DNA of 64,000 nucleotides from Blastocladiella emersonii ATCC 22665 (taxonomy: Eukaryota; Fungi; Blastocladiomycota), in NCBI GenBank assembly GCA_025594325.1, contig JANHCV010000006.1:62001-126000 (forward strand), read 5' to 3'. Shown here piece after piece: positions 58,859-64,000 of the stretch (position 1 is the first letter of the stretch; each line of letters opens with the position of its first letter). Below the pieces are notes generated by a model that ran no database searches, was not told the DNA's origin, and saw nothing but the letters and a program-made list of their open reading frames with translations. The translations under genes were made by a program, and so were the position numbers.

Positions 58859-59382
58859 CTAGTACGCGGCGGGCAGGATGGCGCGGAGGACCTTGGGGAA
58901 CACTACATGCCGCGACATCAGCAATCATTGACGCACAAACCCGCATCGAACGGAGCGTACCCGCGAGCGCAAGACGGCGCCCAAAGAAACGCGCGGCGAA
59001 CGGCAGCATGACCGTGGTCAGCATCATCTTAAAGTCGCCCATCTGCTTCTGGTACTCGCGCTCGAGCGCCGCCCACTCCTCGTCGTCCGTGTCGAGCCCG
59101 CTGTAGTCGGCGACCGACCCGTCCGCGTCGCTGTCGCTCCCGCTCGACGTGTGCTCGCCGCCCGCCAGATCCTCGAGCCGCGCGCTGCTGCGGCGGCGCA
59201 CGGAGGTCGGGAGCGGCGTCGCGGCCGCATCGGCCTCGGTCGGCGAGCGCGGGACGGGCGTCGTCGCGGACTCGGCGCCCTCGGGAAGGCTACGCGAGGG
59301 ATGCGGATCAGCGCACGCGTAGGGGTGGGAGGGGGAGGCGGGGCCCGGCGTACATCTCCTCCCAGGTGCGCGACGAGGTCAT
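58859..59382 (-). CDS. MIM2: Mitochondrial import protein Mim2-like
   Basis: Acidic stretch then EWAALEREYQKQMGDFKMMLTTVMLPFAARFFGRRLAL; three short exons with GTACGC donors. Confidence 0.65.
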
Positions 59383-60329
59383 GGACTCGGTCGTCAGGAT
59401 GTAGCCCTCAGTGTCGATCTCGGACGCTACGCCGTGAGGGGCACCGTCAGATCGCGCGGCACGACGGGCGCGCGGGAAAGTTTCATTGCATACGCGACGA
59501 CATGGTTTCGGTGCTTCTTTCTTTCCTCGTTGCTGGTTCAGAGAGAGAGGAGAGCGGAGGGTGCCCGAACGAGGAGCAGCGTGTGGCGGCGGCGAGCGGG
59601 AGAGGAACGCGAGCTGCCAGCCGCGTCACCTGAGGGATGCGCCACGCGCGGTACGTTTGCTGATCAGCCCACAACCGCTCCTCGCCCGCCGCAACAAAAC
59701 GGGTCGGCGCCCCGCGCAACCTAGCTTGAACTTCATACGTACCTTGTCAGGTCGTGGGGTTATCTCGAAGGCTCTGCGGCGGCCGAGGAGGCTCTAGCAT
59801 CGCACTGCCGCTAGGGGATCGCCTCGGTCTCGGTGGTTCCTTCGGGGCTGCCGATTGGCGCAATTTTTGCTATTGCCTCCGTGCGCTCGTCGCACGGGGG
59901 CTCAGGAATCTCCATCTCGCGATGACCCGCGATATGTTGCTACTTTGGCCTACGACTGTACACATGACCATGAACACGTTCGCTCCTTCCGTCGCTCCTG
60001 AACGGTGAATTAGACTTGTTCTCGAGTCAAACGACTAGCTTGCTTCCGGCGAGCCCTCTGGATGCACGACGCCGTGTCGCGTAGCAGCGATCAATCAGGT
60101 CTGTGTTCCGAGGTGATATGATCTCCCCGCCCTACGTTTCTTGATCGTGGTCCCACTCGCACCCGTTCTTGCACGCGTTGTACGCGCTCTTTCACAACGC
60201 CTGCAGCCGGGCGATGTGTTGTAAGTCCCCAAGGTCCGCCGTGGGCGTTCGCACTCGGCCAGAGCTCGCCAGGAGGCTGCAGGATGGTTCCTTGACATCG
60301 CTCGCTCTCCCCAGAGACAACACGTACGC

Positions 60330-60986
60330 ATGGAACCAATGAAAACCACGCGCAACTTGGTGCAACTACGACTCGTCCAAGCTGAGGATCTCCTTACGCG
60401 TGTAAACTTGCGCGGCGGGCGAGTTGCGCGACGCAGCGAGTTCGCCGTGACACGGGTTAGCCGAGACTTGCGCGCCCACGCTCTGGACGAGTCCGTTGGC
60501 CACGCTTCCTTCCCGTTTGCTTTGCCCGCGGCCTCGCTCTCTTCCCGTTTACTTCACCCGCGGCCCCGCTCGCGACATGTGTGGACTCTCGCCGCGCTTC
60601 ACGGCCTTGCCCCTGCTTGGTGGGCCATCTTCCGTGATCAGGCCCGCGCTCGCCGCACCTGGATCCGCGACGACTTTGATGTGACGCAACTCGACTTTGC
60701 CGCGCCAAACGACCCGACCGACATGACCAAGCCGTACAAATCGGTCAGTTTCGACAAGGACCACTTGGTCGTGCTCGCGTCCCGCTGCCGCGAGAAACCA
60801 TCTGGGCACAATACTAAGGACCACTGGCCCGACTGCGCGCACGTCTTTGCGCGGCTGTCTTTGCACTGTCGTTGCCTGGTGGGAACTGCATCTTGCATTG
60901 ATCTCGCTCCGTTTTGCGAGGTGGTGGCCCTGCGTGTGCTCGTCGACTTTTGTGAAAGTCCGCGGGTGAGAACGGAGGGTGACTGA
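60330..60986 (+). pseudogene. Degenerate partial paralog of the 62047 gene
   Basis: DESVGHA and WWAIFRDQARARRTWIRDDFDVTQLDFAAPNDPTD...DHLVVLA correspond to DESVGHA and WWAVVRDQACVHRTWTRGAHNVTHIDFAAPSDPTD...DHLVALA; the F-box-like part is lost and the ORF ends early. Confidence 0.65.
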
Positions 60987-61509
60987 GCTTCAACTGCGTG
61001 AGCAAGTCCGCGTTGAATGGGATGCCTTGAAAATGGCGCGAGCGTGTCGTGCCGCTGGGCAAGACCAATGGCGGCTGACGGATGAGGTGGTGGATCGAGC
61101 CGCCGCCCACGTTGCGAGACACGCCCGCGAGACGCGTCGCGAAAATGCGTGACCTGATCAAGGGCAACTATGCCACAGCTCGCGCTCGCCTTCCCTCGAC
61201 CGCCGCCACCCGCGCTTCCATTCCTGCTTTCGAAGACCACAGCAATAGACGAAGAACGCATGAAACTCGATGCAACATGTTCCATGAACCCCGTTTTGTC
61301 GTCCTCTGAACAGTAGCGAAGCACGCGCGAGTCGCTGCGGCCGCTCGCGTTTTCTCCTGCCGCTCACGCATCGTCCTGACCGTTTCCTGGAAACGCGAGC
61401 TCACTGCTCAGCGAGTTGACAGAGGTTGTGCTGATTCGTGACCCAGCAAGCGCGTCGCCGTGCCGTTCCTATAAAGAGACGCCATCACCGGACTACGCTC
61501 ATTCTCCGC

Positions 61510-61857
61510 ATGCCCGTCGAGGATCGCGAGAACGCAATCGCGTCTGGCCCGCCGCCCGAGTGCGTCCAGCTCTTCCGCCTTGCAGACTCGGTCCTCAAAC
61601 GTCGCGACAAGCAGCAGCTCGACGAGCTCGTAGTTGCCACTGCGATCCTCAAGGATTCCGAGGCGCTCGTCTCTGAGCTCCAAACCACTCTCAACACCAT
61701 GTCGACGATGCTGGACCAGGCTCGCCGGCAGAATGAGTCGACTGGGCGAATCCTTCGCAGTGTTTGCGCTCGCGTCGACGCAAACTACACCTTTCAGAAC
61801 CCGTCGTTCCTGGACGAGGTTAGCGGCGTGGATGACCTCAACAGCATCGATGATTAA
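61510..61857 (+). CDS. Small hypothetical coiled-coil protein
   Basis: Heptad-like LVSELQTTLNTMSTMLDQARRQ; TATAAA near 61469. Confidence 0.35.
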   Translation: MPVEDRENAIASGPPPECVQLFRLADSVLKRRDKQQLDELVVATAILKDSEALVSELQTTLNTMSTMLDQARRQNESTGRILRSVCARVDANYTFQNPSFLDEVSGVDDLNSIDD

Positions 61858-62046
61858 GAAGTCTTGATAACGAATACAATTTTTGCACTCTCCCAGAATC
61901 AGTCAGCGAATTGAGTGATCAAGTGACGGCTTAGGGAGTGCCAAGTCAAGAACGCGATGCGCCACCGCGTGACAGAGTGGCGGGTGAGTTCACACGGCTG
62001 ATCGCACTGCTGCTCGCCTCTTCTCTCGCTTCAACCCGCGGCACCA

Positions 62047-63898
62047 TGAATCAAATGGACGAATCAACAAAGGACTTGGCGCAACCGCCCTTGCATGAAC
62101 GTTTATCGCCCGAGTTATGGATTTCGGCACTCGTCAAGCTCGCTGAGATCGGCGAGCCCGACGACGTGCTTGCCACGATGTGCACCAGTCGCAAAATGCA
62201 TGCTCTAGCACGCGATGAAAGCGTTGGCCACGCTCTCTTTCTTGCATTTAATAAGCAACTGGCCCAGGACATGAACGGGCGCCCGCCGCGCGTCGCCGAC
62301 CTCCCGTTCTCGTGGTGGGCCGTTGTGCGCGACCAGGCCTGCGTTCACCGCACATGGACCCGCGGCGCTCACAATGTTACCCACATTGATTTTGCCGCGC
62401 CGAGCGACCCGACGGACCAAGTCGTGCTCTACAAATGGGCCGAAACGAGCGACGACCACCTCGTGGCCTTGGCACTCCGCCGCCGCGAAGTCGGGTATGC
62501 CGGTCCAACTTTCGATTCTTACAATTTCGACTTTGAGACCTATTACTGTGCTCACGTTCTTGCCTTGCCGTCGCTCGATCCCGTTGCAACGCTTCGGTTT
62601 ACTGGGCTCAAGTCGCGGAACTACCAGTTTACTGATGACTACCGCTTCGAGTTTCTCGTCATGGACTCGCCCCGGTCCCGTTTCTTGGTCGCTATTTCGA
62701 GCATGGATCCCAACGAGCTAGCAATTACACTAGCGTGGTGGTGCTGGAATCGAAGCGAGGATGACGCGCTTCTTGAGTGCCGAGACCTAATTTGCGACCC
62801 TTTCGGTTCGTCTGTCACGGCCCTTGTCCCTCTGGATTAGCAATAGCTAACAAAAGTCGTGTAGGCGTACAAGCGTTCTTTTTACAAGCAGACACTCTTG
62901 TTCTCACGTATTACGAGCGGGAGACCATTTTCCCTGTGATTGAAACGCTTAATCCGATCACCCTCGCCTCCACCTCGCGCACCCTTATCGAGCGCCGATG
63001 CGAGTCTGTCAACCGCCTCGACTCCTTTTCTCCGGACCTGCTCGCGCTTGGATTCTCGCACGGGCCGATTGCCATCTACTTGATCGCCAAGCGCGCTATT
63101 CTCGAGGAGTTTCAAGGCACAAACGGTGTCAATCCCCACAGAGTTAATCCGCGGCCTTGGTACCGCCATTCTCTTCGCTCGGAACTCAAACCAATTAGGA
63201 ATTCCATTCTCTTGCCACTCGAACAGCGACGCTGGCATCAGTATCTGGTCGAATATCCCAATTGCCGCCCAGGCGAAGAAGACGAGGTCGGTTTCATGGT
63301 AGACACCATGCGTCTCATTTGTGCGCTCCCGCCCGTCCCTCAAACAGATCCTGTGACCGATCACTTGATGCCATCGCATGGACGAGTACCGCACGCTGGC
63401 AAGCTGCCGCACACCATCAACTTTTCTGTCGTTGGTTACCACCTGCAAATCGCGATTACAGTACAGCATACCATCTACGTCACCGATCTCCGTACTGGTC
63501 AGCTACTTCCGCCACTTTTCCTGGTCGACTTTGTGCCCGCCAAGGTCATGGAGGTGCGCGGTACGGTCGTTCGGCCGGGACCCGAATGGACCGCAGCCGA
63601 ACTCCAGCACGCCATGCATGCGTCTCGTTCCTTGTGTGCGCCTGGCTTGTGGCTCGACAAGCTTACCTTCCGATCCGAGGCGGATGGGTCAGCCCCGCTT
63701 GTGATGTGCGAGCGCAAGTTGTCAAGCAACGCGCTTGCACTGTTCGATTACGAGCACCGGGTGAACCCGAAGAAAACCGAGCTTACAGCAATGCTGGAGT
63801 CGGCAACCTCGGGTATCCGCTGGATCGGAGAGTGCTACGATGAGCTGGTTGCGTTCCACGGACCGTATCTCTACCTTCTCCAGGCGCATCAGAGCTGA
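62047..63898 (+). CDS. Lineage-specific F-box-like protein with a beta-rich C-terminus (two exons)
   Basis: LSPELWISALVKLA...ATMCTSRKMHALA. Intron 62806-62864 (GTTCGT...GCTAAC...GTAG) joins ORFs 61938..62840 and 62777..63898 in frame. Confidence 0.65.
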
Positions 63899-64000
63899 GT
63901 GGAACGGGCAAGATCGCGGTATTGCAATACATTCAAACTGATTTATGAATTCAAGTCCACTGGACGGGGGTTTTGAGGAACGGGTCTCGGCCAGGCACCG

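Noticed and set aside
1-64000. rRNA, tRNA, group I/II introns or prophage
   Set aside because: No recognisable signatures by eye; tRNAscan-SE and Infernal runs would be needed to exclude them formally.

Overview
Eukaryotic, intron-containing, GC-rich genomic DNA, most likely from a zoosporic (flagellated) fungus such as a blastocladiomycete or chytrid. This is an inference from fungal-type Rtt109, Mim2 and GGA genes sitting beside the centriolar gene CCDC61, and from short GTRYGT...CTRAC...YAG introns. Positions 1-19186 form one giant inverted repeat: arms 1-9573 and 9614-19186 (x maps to 19187-x) around a 40-bp non-palindromic loop that lies inside a decayed Helitron-like PIF1 helicase. Each arm carries a 3.83-kb DIRS1-type retroelement with inverted terminal repeats, an internal complementary region, gag and RT/RNase H/N6-adenine methylase, but no recognisable tyrosine recombinase. 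From 19.2 kb onward, core genes (RTT109, a CHCH-like protein, CCDC61, LSM12, a divergent actin with a 10-nt micro-exon, CSTF2/RNA15, GGA, an ALO/GULO-type oxidase, an ArsB-type permease, MIM2) are interleaved with lineage-specific F-box-like genes in tandem birth-and-death clusters. There is also a stand-alone RNase H1 hybrid-binding-domain gene. I could not support any rRNA, tRNA or CRISPR feature. All family assignments come from motif recall, not database searches.
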